Below, one piece after another: positions 27,594-36,774 of a stretch of DNA of 41,431 nt. A program made the translations under genes and the position numbers. The notes under the pieces were generated by a model, which had not been told where the DNA came from, did no database searches, and saw only the letters and a program-made list of their open reading frames with translations. The DNA comes from a virus (taxonomy: Duplodnaviria; Caudoviricetes). The stretch lies in the IMG/VR virus record IMGVR_UViG_3300024251_000003, positions 1 through 41,431 of that record; one strand, 5' to 3'. Numbering within the stretch: the first letter of the stretch is position 1; every line of letters starts with the position of its first letter.

Positions 27594-28073
27594 TTAAAAG
27601 TTGTTTGCGAATTGACCGTGATACTTTGCGCGAGCTTCGATGGCTACCAGTTCGGCAAGCTCAAAATCGGCAAAGTCACCGATATGCATACGCTTACCAT
27701 TTACGCCAATTCGCACGCGATACTTCTGCTTGTCTTTTTTCCAGATTACGTTCTTGACGCCTGATGTGTTGTTAACTGGCCTGCGCCGGTTGCACATGTT
27801 TTGCGAGCGCGTAGCAAGACGAAGATTTTCTATTCGGTTATCGTGGCGCTTTGTATTTTCGTGATCAACTTTCGCCGGTGCGTTTCCGTGCCATATCCAC
27901 ACAAGCAAGTGCAGTGGGTATGTTTTTCCGTCCACGGAAGCGTATAGATAACCAAAGCTGCCAACAAACCCCGCCACTTCTCCAACTTTTGAGTTGTTGC
28001 TAACAGTGATGCGCCTAACTAAAGTGCCGTCACAATAATCGAAAAGTTCGCGGAGTCTATTGGTAGTTATCAT
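27594..28073 (-). CDS. HNH homing endonuclease with C-terminal AP2-like domain
   Basis: VDHENTKRHDNRIENLRLAT..QN...NTSGVKNV...YRVRIGVNGKRMHIGDF. Confidence 0.9.
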   Translation of the reverse strand: MITTNRLRELFDYCDGTLVRRITVSNNSKVGEVAGFVGSFGYLYASVDGKTYPLHLLVWIWHGNAPAKVDHENTKRHDNRIENLRLATRSQNMCNRRRPVNNTSGVKNVIWKKDKQKYRVRIGVNGKRMHIGDFADFELAELVAIEARAKYHGQFANNF

Positions 28074-28077
28074 CGTC

Positions 28078-29352
28078 TTATGCCGCAATTAAGCATGCAA
28101 GTTCCTGGTATAATGGAGCCCACCCGAACAGCACATCGAAACGCGCCGGGATCTGGTCGTTGTTGATCGTGTATTGCCGAACAACTCGAATCGACATACC
28201 GGCCTCCTGTGATGCCGCCCTACCCGCGAATACAACTCCAGCAGGCAGTTCCAGGTCGGCCATCGCCAACGTGTATGCGTTTTTGTGAAACAGCACGTTA
28301 CGCGGAGACTGAACACCAACACCGCTAGTCCCGATACTGAAAGGAGTTACGGTTGCGGTTGCGGACGTTGATGTAATGCTGACGTTCTGGAATTGGCCTG
28401 CGGTGATGATTGCAGGAGCAACAGTGACAGTCCCGGTAGACGATCCGGTGATGGTCATATCCGCCTGAACCACAAAAGGACGCGCCGTTTTCCCGTAAAT
28501 CTGGCGAGACTGAGGATTTACCGGGAATACGTTTGCGAGGTAAATCTGATCGCCTTTTTTAAGGGTGATCGTTGCTCCGGCCGTAAGCGTAAACGAGCTA
28601 GTTTGCGCCCATCCCGTAGCAATGCCGATGCTAGTTGTATCTGCGGTAAGGGTTGATCCGGTAGACGCCCAATAACCGGACGTTTGAGTGTTTACGTTCT
28701 GGTCCTCATACCAGTTCATGCCGGCCGAGTCAGTGCCCATAAGCCCGGTTTTGTATTGAGCGCCGATCTTGTCCGCTGGAGTGAAAATGCCTTTCAGCGA
28801 GTCAACGATAGTTGCCCCGGTGAACTGTTCTACAACAATCGACCTGTCGCCACGCTTAGGAGCGGCCTCTGAGGTGAGGTAAGCGCCAGCAGTGAGGTAG
28901 GTAAGCAGTTGAGTGGGAGTGGTTCCAGCAACGCCGACGATATTGGCAGTGCTGTTTTTCGCCATTTGCAGGCCGATGTAGTCCACTCGGTTAGCGACGG
29001 CGGCAACGGAAGGCTTAATGACGTTTTCGGAGAATGCGCCAAGGGATAGGCGCAGGTCTTTAGTGGTGAACGCGGTATCGACGTGGAACTGGTCGCCGTA
29101 TTTAGTCGTATCTCCGATCACAACCGGAATGCTTGTCTGGTTGTAATCTTCAACGGACAGATTAGGCCCGCTGGTTCCTATGAAACGAGGCGGACGGCGA
29201 ACGTTTAACGTATCGCCAATTTTCGCGCCATCGACGCCAAAGGATGAGTCATAACTGCGTTTTACACGAGCGCTAAACGTAAGCTCGTTCATCAGCACGT
29301 CCAAACTTTCGTTTGTTATCATGCTGATAGTCAGTATCGTATCAGTAGCCAC
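28078..29352 (-). CDS. Major capsid protein (P22 gp5 family)
   Basis: GAKIGDTLNVRRP...RFDVLFGW; GTG start 29352 after GGAG. Confidence 0.92.
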   Translation of the reverse strand: MATDTILTISMITNESLDVLMNELTFSARVKRSYDSSFGVDGAKIGDTLNVRRPPRFIGTSGPNLSVEDYNQTSIPVVIGDTTKYGDQFHVDTAFTTKDLRLSLGAFSENVIKPSVAAVANRVDYIGLQMAKNSTANIVGVAGTTPTQLLTYLTAGAYLTSEAAPKRGDRSIVVEQFTGATIVDSLKGIFTPADKIGAQYKTGLMGTDSAGMNWYEDQNVNTQTSGYWASTGSTLTADTTSIGIATGWAQTSSFTLTAGATITLKKGDQIYLANVFPVNPQSRQIYGKTARPFVVQADMTITGSSTGTVTVAPAIITAGQFQNVSITSTSATATVTPFSIGTSGVGVQSPRNVLFHKNAYTLAMADLELPAGVVFAGRAASQEAGMSIRVVRQYTINNDQIPARFDVLFGWAPLYQELACLIAA

Positions 29353-29355
29353 TTT

Positions 29356-29421
29356 TGATTGCTCCAATAAGTTGAGAAAGTAAAACCCCGTCCTGCGGCT
29401 CTAAATCTCATGGAGCAATCA
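29356..29421 (-). promoter_or_regulatory. Hairpin sequestering the capsid SD
   Basis: Perfect 11-bp inverted repeat TGATTGCTCCA (29356-66) / TGGAGCAATCA (29411-21) plus inner TGAGA/TCTCA stem. Confidence 0.65.
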
Positions 29422-29494
29422 CGAATATTCCCTGATGTCGCTCATGTGGGCGGCTTGATGCGCACAAGCTACGCGAAACTTCTAATTACTACAT

Positions 29495-29523
29495 ATACTG
29501 AACTATCAGTATTTCTGTGTCAA
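29495..29523 (-). promoter_or_regulatory. Putative late promoter TTGACA-17-CAGTAT with overlapping palindrome
   Basis: Perfect -35; ATACTGA-N4-TCAGTAT at 29495..29512. Confidence 0.55.
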
Positions 29524-29533
29524 TAGCTTTTAG

Positions 29534-29683
29534 CTATCGGTTGTATTCTAGGCAACTTTTCATCCACGCCCAATACGCTTCCTCTGGAGTGAACCCGCAA
29601 CCCCAATTATAAGGACGCAGCAGATGCTGCTGACAATTCTGACAGCACCACATGCCCAAAATCATCCGTATACGTGGTTTCAT
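29534..29683 (-). CDS. Small phage protein, 49 aa (MKPRIRMILGMWCC...GCGFTPEEAYWAW)
   Basis: Translated by hand; TGATG-coupled to the scaffold gene. Confidence 0.6.
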   Translation of the reverse strand: MKPRIRMILGMWCCQNCQQHLLRPYNWGCGFTPEEAYWAWMKSCLEYNR

Positions 29684-30693
29684 CAATTCATCCGTATTTT
29701 CCCAGCCCGTTTAGCCTTCTGGTACTCCTCAAACGTGCCGTGCCACTCGTCCGCGCCTGTCTTTACTGTTGCAACAGGCGTTCCATTGCTTCTCAGTGGA
29801 GTAATTGGTGCCGGAGCGCGCGAAATCTCTGCCACGGTCGTTTTTTCGCTTTTTAACTGCGGTTTATCCGCACCCCCCATAGATGATTCCAACTTTCCGA
29901 ACTCAACCAGCATCTTCCTTACGGTCATTTTCCCTAGCTTTTCGGCAACATCAGGGTTATCAGCTAGGTGAATTAGTATCTCAGGACCGACTTCGCTTTC
30001 AAGGATGGCGTCCCTCATGTCATCGGATACCTTGACTGAGCTATTTGTCAGTTTTTCGTCATAGTCCTGTATTTTCTCTCTGGCGGCCTTTTGGCGCGTC
30101 TCCCAATCTTTGGCTATACGCGCACGCTCCTGCTCCTGTCGTTGCGTCTCAGCCACTTTGCGGTCATCGTAGCGCGTCTTTTCTGCCGTCCAATCCTTCA
30201 GAGCCTTCGCATACTCGGAAACATCGGAAAATTGGGCTGGTAGCGGCTCTGGGTCCAGTTCGTCGGACTTTGGCGGCTCATACTTTGCTCGAAGTTCGGC
30301 GGCTTCCTGCTCAACTTTAGCCCTAGCCTCACGTTCCTTCCTTGCCTGTTCCTTTGCCGCGTTAGCTTCTTCCGTCTTAAGGTGCATCCGGTAGCTAAAA
30401 TCACTTTTAGGCGTCCATTTCCTGTTGAAATAGACTTTCCCGCCATCCTCATCGCCTTCTTTTGGCTCTTTTTCTTGCTCTTCTTCCGCCTTGCTGACGT
30501 TTGCTTCAGATTCGGCCTTGAGATTGGCCGCTTTCTGCGCCTCCAACTCCACAAGTTCAGCGGCGGCAGCATCCTCTAATAGAGGTTCTGCAACGCCTAA
30601 TTGCTCATTGGCGTATTGCTCGAAGTTGTCGGCAGTTACCAGAGTTACTCCTGGCTTGGTGTCACCTGGTTTTGTTTCTGTGGCTTCGCTCAT
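29683..30693 (-). CDS. Scaffolding protein
   Basis: Acidic coiled coil between portal and capsid; ILESEVGPEILIHLA, ISRAPAPITPL. Confidence 0.85.
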   Translation of the reverse strand: MSEATETKPGDTKPGVTLVTADNFEQYANEQLGVAEPLLEDAAAAELVELEAQKAANLKAESEANVSKAEEEQEKEPKEGDEDGGKVYFNRKWTPKSDFSYRMHLKTEEANAAKEQARKEREARAKVEQEAAELRAKYEPPKSDELDPEPLPAQFSDVSEYAKALKDWTAEKTRYDDRKVAETQRQEQERARIAKDWETRQKAAREKIQDYDEKLTNSSVKVSDDMRDAILESEVGPEILIHLADNPDVAEKLGKMTVRKMLVEFGKLESSMGGADKPQLKSEKTTVAEISRAPAPITPLRSNGTPVATVKTGADEWHGTFEEYQKAKRAGKIRMN

Positions 30694-32822
30694 CGCGTTT
30701 GTCCTTGTCCTAGCGTTTCTTCCTCGATATGTTTGGCCTGCTGCTCTATGTCCATCATGTTCATTTCATGCTCAAACGTAGCAAGTATCTTGCGCATTTC
30801 GTGCGCCTTGTCGGTGTTGCTGGTGAGAATCTTAACGAGTCCGTTTATCTCTGCTACGTTCTGCGCGGTGAGGGCATAGACCTCGGTATCGTGCTGTTTC
30901 TGCGCCTGCGTAATCTCCCGCTCGTGCGCGTCGTTCGTTTCCTTCATCAGCGCCCGCTTCGTAGCTCCTTCTTCTTTGATCTGCTGCGCCTGCAACTTGA
31001 ATTTCTGCTCAATCTGCAGCCCTTGTATAACCTCGCCGGCTTGTTTAAGCTGCATCTGCAATCCCTTGATCTGCATTTGAACCTTTGGCGGAATCTCTGA
31101 ACCTTCGTCAATCTGCGCCATCGGATTAGCCGCTGCCATACGATCTGCTAGAGTATCGCTACCGTTGAAATCCATCTCGCGGATAATCAGGTCATCGCCA
31201 ACAGCGGCGACCTTTTCACCCAGAGGCGTATCAAGTAGCTGCATCATCGTGGCAACGCCTTCCTGCCTTAACGTGTCGTATCCTGGGCCGGTTTCCATCA
31301 CGACATCGTAAGTGCCGACACACACATCATTGAGAACTTTCTCAATAGCGTTCCCTCCTTCGTCTGCGTCCTCTTTTTTCTGGTTGATAGTTACCAGTTG
31401 CTCGCGTCCATCTTCCCCAATAATGCGTTGCACTCGCTCAGTATCGAACACAACAGGGATGTAACTAAGCATGATCCGCCACGAGTGCTTTATGCTTCGC
31501 GTTAGGTTATCGTAGCCATCGAAGTTAGTGTTCTCGGACTGCGACCGTTCCGCGTTTAGGGTCTTGTCGCTCTTGTGTTGCGCGCCACCTCTTACCGCTG
31601 GATCAAATACTCCCATAACGCGCGATAAGTTTTGATTCGCCGTAAACATTGCCTCGATCATTCCTGCTGGGGGCGGTTCTGGCTGAAGTCTCTGCGGCGG
31701 CGGAACTGGCTTACCCTCTGAATCTGTGACTTTGTAACGCAACACTGGATTTGGTGAGAGGTTGGCGTTCTTGTAGTCGTTCTCAAACCCTTCGTCTTGT
31801 CCTTCAGCTATCAGCCATTTTGCTTTAGGCGCAAGAGCAAGCGATTCAGTAACCGCCGTATTCCAGAAATTGACCATCCTTTGCGGGTCCATCCCGTCCT
31901 TAACCAACCCTTGACGGATGCGCCTGCTGTCGATGATTACCGAAGTCCAATACATAGGAACTACTGGAATCCATCGACCGGGTAAGTCCTTTTCCTCCAA
32001 CACCTCGAAGCTGGTTTGTTTGCGCCACTTAACAACGCGCTTCATGCTATCGCGTTCCTGTTTGACGCCTATCCCCATTCTCAATAAGAAAGCCTGAAAC
32101 CTTTTTATTTCATCGGCCCACATAACCGAACCATCGTCAAGCATTACTAGCTTCATGGGCTTGCGGTCCAAAAACATATACTCGGCAAGTCTTATGTCCT
32201 GCTCGCTCACCCAATCTAAATCACTGTCGCCTGTACCGCGATCACTAAACCCGCTATCTTGAGCGCCTGGATACATTAACTTAAATGAGTCTTTTGTAAC
32301 CAGATCCGTTATCAACGCCTTCTCTGAGTCACTTCCATCAGGAAGCCTGCTGTTTGGATCAAAGTAAACGCAAAACGGGTTATCAATTACGTCTATGAAA
32401 ATATCCTGATTGAATGAATCCTCAGAAATGTAATCAGTTCTAAGCCTCCAGTATCCCCAGCCAATCGTCGCGGCGAAGTCGAACGCGGTGTCGTAAGCGT
32501 TGTCTGCATCGGAATTAACTTCGACGTGCCGGCCTATTCCGGTAATGATTTTTGCTACTTCTTTATCAGCGCTAGAATCAACTGGCGACGCCTTCCCTCG
32601 CGGCCGTTGCTGCCTCTGCGCGTTCGTCACCTTTTTTATGTAGGTGTTCATCTCGTTGATCGTGAGTTGCGGACGCTCAAGACCACGGGATGCTATGGCG
32701 TATGCGGGCCATTGGTCGCCGTACCGGAACTGTAAGGCTTTCAGCCCGTTCTGCCGGTTCTCTGACTCGGCATCGTTGGCCTGCCGCAGGAATTCGACGG
32801 CTTCTTTTGGATCGCTAGCCAC
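30690..32822 (-). CDS. Portal protein (P22-like)
   Basis: GDQW...RPQLTIN, GWGYWRL, GTYDVVMETGPGYDT.RQE; long C-terminal coiled coil. Confidence 0.93.
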   Translation of the reverse strand: MASDPKEAVEFLRQANDAESENRQNGLKALQFRYGDQWPAYAIASRGLERPQLTINEMNTYIKKVTNAQRQQRPRGKASPVDSSADKEVAKIITGIGRHVEVNSDADNAYDTAFDFAATIGWGYWRLRTDYISEDSFNQDIFIDVIDNPFCVYFDPNSRLPDGSDSEKALITDLVTKDSFKLMYPGAQDSGFSDRGTGDSDLDWVSEQDIRLAEYMFLDRKPMKLVMLDDGSVMWADEIKRFQAFLLRMGIGVKQERDSMKRVVKWRKQTSFEVLEEKDLPGRWIPVVPMYWTSVIIDSRRIRQGLVKDGMDPQRMVNFWNTAVTESLALAPKAKWLIAEGQDEGFENDYKNANLSPNPVLRYKVTDSEGKPVPPPQRLQPEPPPAGMIEAMFTANQNLSRVMGVFDPAVRGGAQHKSDKTLNAERSQSENTNFDGYDNLTRSIKHSWRIMLSYIPVVFDTERVQRIIGEDGREQLVTINQKKEDADEGGNAIEKVLNDVCVGTYDVVMETGPGYDTLRQEGVATMMQLLDTPLGEKVAAVGDDLIIREMDFNGSDTLADRMAAANPMAQIDEGSEIPPKVQMQIKGLQMQLKQAGEVIQGLQIEQKFKLQAQQIKEEGATKRALMKETNDAHEREITQAQKQHDTEVYALTAQNVAEINGLVKILTSNTDKAHEMRKILATFEHEMNMMDIEQQAKHIEEETLGQGQTR

Positions 32823-33102
32823 TTACTACGCTCACATTCTTATACGGCTCTGCGGCTGTCGGTTTCTTCGGCTCAATCTCGTTAATCTGGTGCTGAAGGG
32901 CGCGGAAATCGGCAATACCTGGAGCGGCGACCACGCTGATAGGTGGCGTATCTGGCGCTTGCGTAGGCTTGAAATCACGCACGGCCTGCGCCCGCAGTTC
33001 AATCTGTTCTAGCGCTGCGCGTCCTTCAATAGACCGCTTATCAACGGACTGCGCCTGCGTCCATGCGTCGAAAAACAGTTCTAGCAGTTCTAACTTAGTC
33101 AT
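32815..33102 (-). CDS. Hypothetical protein
   Basis: Coupled ORF between TerL and portal. Confidence 0.6.
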   Translation of the reverse strand: MTKLELLELFFDAWTQAQSVDKRSIEGRAALEQIELRAQAVRDFKPTQAPDTPPISVVAAPGIADFRALQHQINEIEPKKPTAAEPYKNVSVVSG

Positions 33103-33310
33103 GCGCATCCCTCAATTCATCTATCTTCGCCACCTTAAACTTTTCGCCTATGTCATACAGCTTCACAATTTGCCCGCTTCTAACTTCCTCATTCCTGTAT
33201 CTGAACTTCCAATGCGAATATGTTGGATTGCCTTGCGCGTCTAACGATACTGGCTGAATGTCGTAAACAGGAACCGCATAGCCTGCAGCGTATATTTCTT
33301 GCGGCGTCAT
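33095..33310 (-). CDS. Hypothetical protein
   Basis: ATGA-coupled to TerL. Confidence 0.6.
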   Translation of the reverse strand: MTPQEIYAAGYAVPVYDIQPVSLDAQGNPTYSHWKFRYRNEEVRSGQIVKLYDIGEKFKVAKIDELRDAHD

Positions 33311-34737
33311 CCCATCCACCCGCCGCCAGAATCATCCATGCGCGCCTGCTTTTTCAAACGCACAGAGGCATAGCGGCGCATCATCATTCCGTACCGCGTA
33401 GCGCTCATCAGGTCATCGCCAACTTTTACAATTAATCCTTCCTTACGGTGATACAGGCGAAATTCCTCCCACCAGTCGTTAAGGTGAGAAAACACTTTAA
33501 GACGCCCTGTTTGCATCCGGTCAAGCATCTCAGCTACACCAGCTTCTACGCCGTTGCTGCCATCCTCAAACGTGGCGCGCTCGGCAAGCATCCGTAATCC
33601 ATGATCCTTGTATTGTTTAGCAAGCTGCTCTCCGCTGCCTTTGTCATGCTGTAAACCATCATGCGGCCATGCCCACGGCAACCAAGTTCCCCACGGCTTA
33701 ACTGCGGTTGCGAACATCAGTGGAGTTTGCTCACGAGCGCGATGACAAGCCACCACATGCAGCACGTCGTTATCACGATCCCAAGCCATACGAACGCCAG
33801 CGGACGGATGATCCCAACCGAAGTCAAGCGCCCCAATCTGCGGCCAGTGCGAAGGTATTTCAAATGCGTCCTCCCTTACGAATGCCTCCTCAATCGGGAA
33901 CACACGCCCGCTCCCCATCGTAGGAACGCCACGCGCTCTAGCATCGCGTTCGTGCGCTGGATATGAGGCGATGATAGCCGCGCGTTCCTCGACGCTGTAA
34001 TGCTCTGCGTCGTCAATCGTCATCTGCGTTACGCTGGTTCCCACGGTCTTATCCAGGATAAAACGCTTTACAACATCCGACATCCCAAGCAACGGAGTAA
34101 ACGTGACCATTACCGGGCACAGCCCTACGTTCGTTCGCGTCAATCCTTCGGTGTAAATGTCGGATGGCGGTTCCTCGTCATACCAGATCAATTGCTTAGT
34201 CGGGCCTTGCCATTTCTCGCGGCCTTGATCGTATGACTTGAATCCAATTTGAGAACGGCCGGCCTGTACATCACCGCCGCCACCATGAGCGACTATCATC
34301 GTATCCAGAGCGTCCGCAAGTCCGCGCCTAGGCGATACATCCTTGATAGCATCGCGCGGAACCATCCCCGTTCCCGGTGCGCCAAGTTGCCCGTAAAGCC
34401 ATCGCTGCGGATTATCGCGCGTTGATTCTCCGGTAACACCGGATACCCAAGCATTGATTGGGGTATCAAAAACACGCCCTTTCCAATAACTCGGATATCT
34501 TCCAGTCGCGTGCATCGCAGTTTCAGCAGCGGCGCTAACTGTTTTCCCAAGCTGATTCCCAGCCATGAGCAGGCGTTCACGATGTTCGCGGCCGGCGTCA
34601 TGGAATTCACGCTGTTTCGGATACGGCCGGTAAAACTTTAACCTGTTGTGCTTGTCCCGATCCGCCTTGGCTAACTCCATCACCTTGAGCTGTGAGGATA
34701 GCTCTGATTGTGATAATGGCAGCGTCAAGCTGTTCAT
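33307..34737 (-). CDS. terL: Terminase large subunit (P22-like)
   Basis: Walker A AGNQLGKT, Walker B IWYDEEP, motif III TFTP, nuclease LDFGWDHP...DDLMSATRY; true start may be 34680. Confidence 0.95.
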   Translation of the reverse strand: MNSLTLPLSQSELSSQLKVMELAKADRDKHNRLKFYRPYPKQREFHDAGREHRERLLMAGNQLGKTVSAAAETAMHATGRYPSYWKGRVFDTPINAWVSGVTGESTRDNPQRWLYGQLGAPGTGMVPRDAIKDVSPRRGLADALDTMIVAHGGGGDVQAGRSQIGFKSYDQGREKWQGPTKQLIWYDEEPPSDIYTEGLTRTNVGLCPVMVTFTPLLGMSDVVKRFILDKTVGTSVTQMTIDDAEHYSVEERAAIIASYPAHERDARARGVPTMGSGRVFPIEEAFVREDAFEIPSHWPQIGALDFGWDHPSAGVRMAWDRDNDVLHVVACHRAREQTPLMFATAVKPWGTWLPWAWPHDGLQHDKGSGEQLAKQYKDHGLRMLAERATFEDGSNGVEAGVAEMLDRMQTGRLKVFSHLNDWWEEFRLYHRKEGLIVKVGDDLMSATRYGMMMRRYASVRLKKQARMDDSGGGWMG

Positions 34738-35032
34738 CTGTTACCTCGTCAAGCGCACTCTTTATTTCCAGTTCCTTCGGCTGCAGACTTGCTACAACCT
34801 TGATAAATGTTGATGGATCTTCTGTAGCGCACGTCTGCAGCGCTTTTTTGCCGTTCTTTTCCCACGCAGCCAGAAGATCGTTGAGGAATTTGCCGCTTAG
34901 TTTGTTGCGGGCTTTTACTGGTTTGCCGCCTGGGTTTGGTGAAGCACCTGGCTGAAATTGCGTATGCACCGGAGGTTTTCCATATCCCGGTTTAAACGCT
35001 GATTCTGTGGGTTTATCAACTACTTGGCTCAT
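34607..35032 (-). CDS. terS: Terminase small subunit
   Basis: PPVHTQFQPGASPNPGGKP motif; directly upstream of and overlapping TerL. Confidence 0.8.
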   Translation of the reverse strand: MSQVVDKPTESAFKPGYGKPPVHTQFQPGASPNPGGKPVKARNKLSGKFLNDLLAAWEKNGKKALQTCATEDPSTFIKVVASLQPKELEIKSALDEVTDEQLDAAIITIRAILTAQGDGVSQGGSGQAQQVKVLPAVSETA

Positions 35033-35493
35033 ATCGCACGATATTCAGGATCATCCACAGGCAATGTAGCAAGCAATGCTGGATTAGCAATACCTTTTTT
35101 TACCTGCCTAACTATCTCATCGCGGCCAACCGGAGCGCGGGTCATTTGCACATACCCACCATCCTCCATTTCAGCATCGCTCATTTCGGATATTTTTTTA
35201 TCCTCAATAAACACAATATCCGCTTCCTGAATAATCCGGTAAACGTCAGAAGTCCCATCCGGCTTTTCGTCGTGCCACTTGGGATAGAAATCGAAGTTCC
35301 CATCGCCAAAGGCGACGGTATCACCAGGTTTTGCGTCCAGAGGTTTAAGGTTGCCGCGTTTATCGCGTTTGCCGGGGCCACAAGCCACCACCACGCCACG
35401 GCAATGCTTTTCGTGGCTGACTACCGCAAGGACGGTCGATTGAACGCGCTCAAGCGGTTTAATGAGCAGATAATCCTGTTTTGGACGTAGCAT
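35029..35493 (-). CDS. groES: GroES-like co-chaperonin
   Basis: LRPKQDYLLIKP...GVVVACGPGK...PLDAKPGDTVAF...IIQEADI. Confidence 0.85.
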   Translation of the reverse strand: MLRPKQDYLLIKPLERVQSTVLAVVSHEKHCRGVVVACGPGKRDKRGNLKPLDAKPGDTVAFGDGNFDFYPKWHDEKPDGTSDVYRIIQEADIVFIEDKKISEMSDAEMEDGGYVQMTRAPVGRDEIVRQVKKGIANPALLATLPVDDPEYRAI

Positions 35494-35501
35494 GGACACA
35501 A

Positions 35502-35530
35502 ATCCTGCGCTTGTGGCAATGTTCTGTCAA
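35502..35530 (-). promoter_or_regulatory. Putative late promoter TTGACA-17-CAGGAT
   Basis: Perfect -35; -10 ends 8 nt before the groES ATG (leaderless-like). Confidence 0.55.
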
Positions 35531-35658
35531 GTGGTGGAGTTACGGCCCATCCAAAGATTTGTTAAAAACAGCTTTATTTCAGCCATCTAAGATCGATCAC
35601 GTCGCCACCTCATACTGCCTATCCGCCAGACGCCGAAAGCCACGATATGTTTTCATTC

Positions 35659-36096
35659 TTAGCCGCCTTTCTTTACCAGCCGCAGCAAAGCGCCGCGATT
35701 TTCTCTGTAAGTCTCTCCTGTAGTGGAAAGCTTTAAAGACGCTTCCGCCGCGATCCGCTCGTTAGCTGCTCGCCGTTTTTCGCGGGCCTGCGCGTTTTCA
35801 CCCTCACGTATGAGCATGTCCACCTTGTCGGCATTGCGAAAACACAGTTCTACAGAATCGTAAATTTTACGATCCGGGTTTTGACCCTGGTGCCAAAGTG
35901 AATTTGCGATCCCCAGCGCGGCCAATTTCAAATCTTCCTCTGAATATCCGTCATTCAATCTGGCGATTATCAGGTTTTGCCGTTTTGCATCCATGCAAGA
36001 CCTCGGGTGATTCGTCACATTTTTCCAGTATGCGAATATACGCCTTGCAATGTCAGCGTTGCTTTCTGGCTGCGGTAGGTCTGGGAATAGGGTCAA
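35659..36096 (-). CDS. Protein resembling the C-terminal domain of phage replication initiators
   Basis: IFAYWK...RQNLIIARLNDGYSEEDLKLA...WHQGQN...YDSVELCFRNADKVD; no N-terminal HTH. Confidence 0.6.
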   Translation of the reverse strand: MTLFPDLPQPESNADIARRIFAYWKNVTNHPRSCMDAKRQNLIIARLNDGYSEEDLKLAALGIANSLWHQGQNPDRKIYDSVELCFRNADKVDMLIREGENAQAREKRRAANERIAAEASLKLSTTGETYRENRGALLRLVKKGG

Positions 36097-36169
36097 ATTG
36101 TCACCCTGTTTTAAGTTTCACGCGAATCGCCGAGCACCTACACCTAATTCATAAACCTAAGACTTAACT

Positions 36170-36600
36170 GCTTAAAATCAGACAAAGACCTCCCCTAACC
36201 CATCTGTATGATGGACTAGGAGAGGAATCAGACCCGGTAAACGGGAGCCTTATGCGAATCATCGTCATAATAATTCGTCCCCCGGCATAAAGCTTCAACC
36301 AGCCGCCCCGATTAAGGAATTGCACCAATACACGGGGTAGCGCTGTTCTGGGTTCACCCACGCTTCGGTAACTGCTGACGCGCCCTGACGGTCTGTCGCG
36401 CATCGTCGCGGATGTTTTAGAGGATCGGCGGTTACTATGCTTCCGCCTCTCAGTGGCCGCAGGGATTAAGGCTACTATCGTGCCTATCTGGTAAGGGCCG
36501 TTGGCTTTCGCCTGCCTACACCAAACTTTACACACGTTTCGACTCGATCTTGCCGGGTTGCACTTGGGACTCACAGGGAGTTCCGCCAATCCACTAAAAC
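36170..36600 (-). ncRNA. Putative long structured non-coding RNA
   Basis: 16-bp stem with G-U pairs (36189..36225), GAAA-capped hairpin (36503..36512), further hairpins and a long-range pairing; no credible ORF. Confidence 0.5.
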
Positions 36601-36627
36601 ACCCGCGTTATCATCAAACTGAGGACG

Positions 36628-36749
36628 AAAAAAAGCCCTCGGCTGGATGGGCTGCGGGTTGAAATTCGGGTAGCGCCTATGAGGAAGCGCAGTCGAACCA
36701 CAACCCACCCAGCAAAGGGCGCTCATATTAAAACTACCCGCCTTTCAAC
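36628..36749 (-). ncRNA. C4/P4-CI-like antisense RNA or attenuator with U-tract
   Basis: Long stem 36635..36720 followed by U7; internal CUACCCG..UUUCAAC complementary to upstream GUUGAAA..CGGGUAG (36734..36749). Confidence 0.7.
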
Positions 36750-36774
36750 AAGCGGCCACGCACAAACAATTGCA

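Noticed and set aside
29495-29512. Palindrome as a LexA SOS box
   Set aside because: Spacing is CTG-N6-CAG, not CTG-N10-CAG
12837-35723. Numerous plus-strand ORFs opposite the structural genes
   Set aside because: Antisense shadows of well-supported minus-strand genes, with no motifs of their own
36164-36589. 141-aa ORF as a replication protein
   Set aside because: TTG start without a clear SD, no recognisable motifs, and it overlaps strong RNA stems
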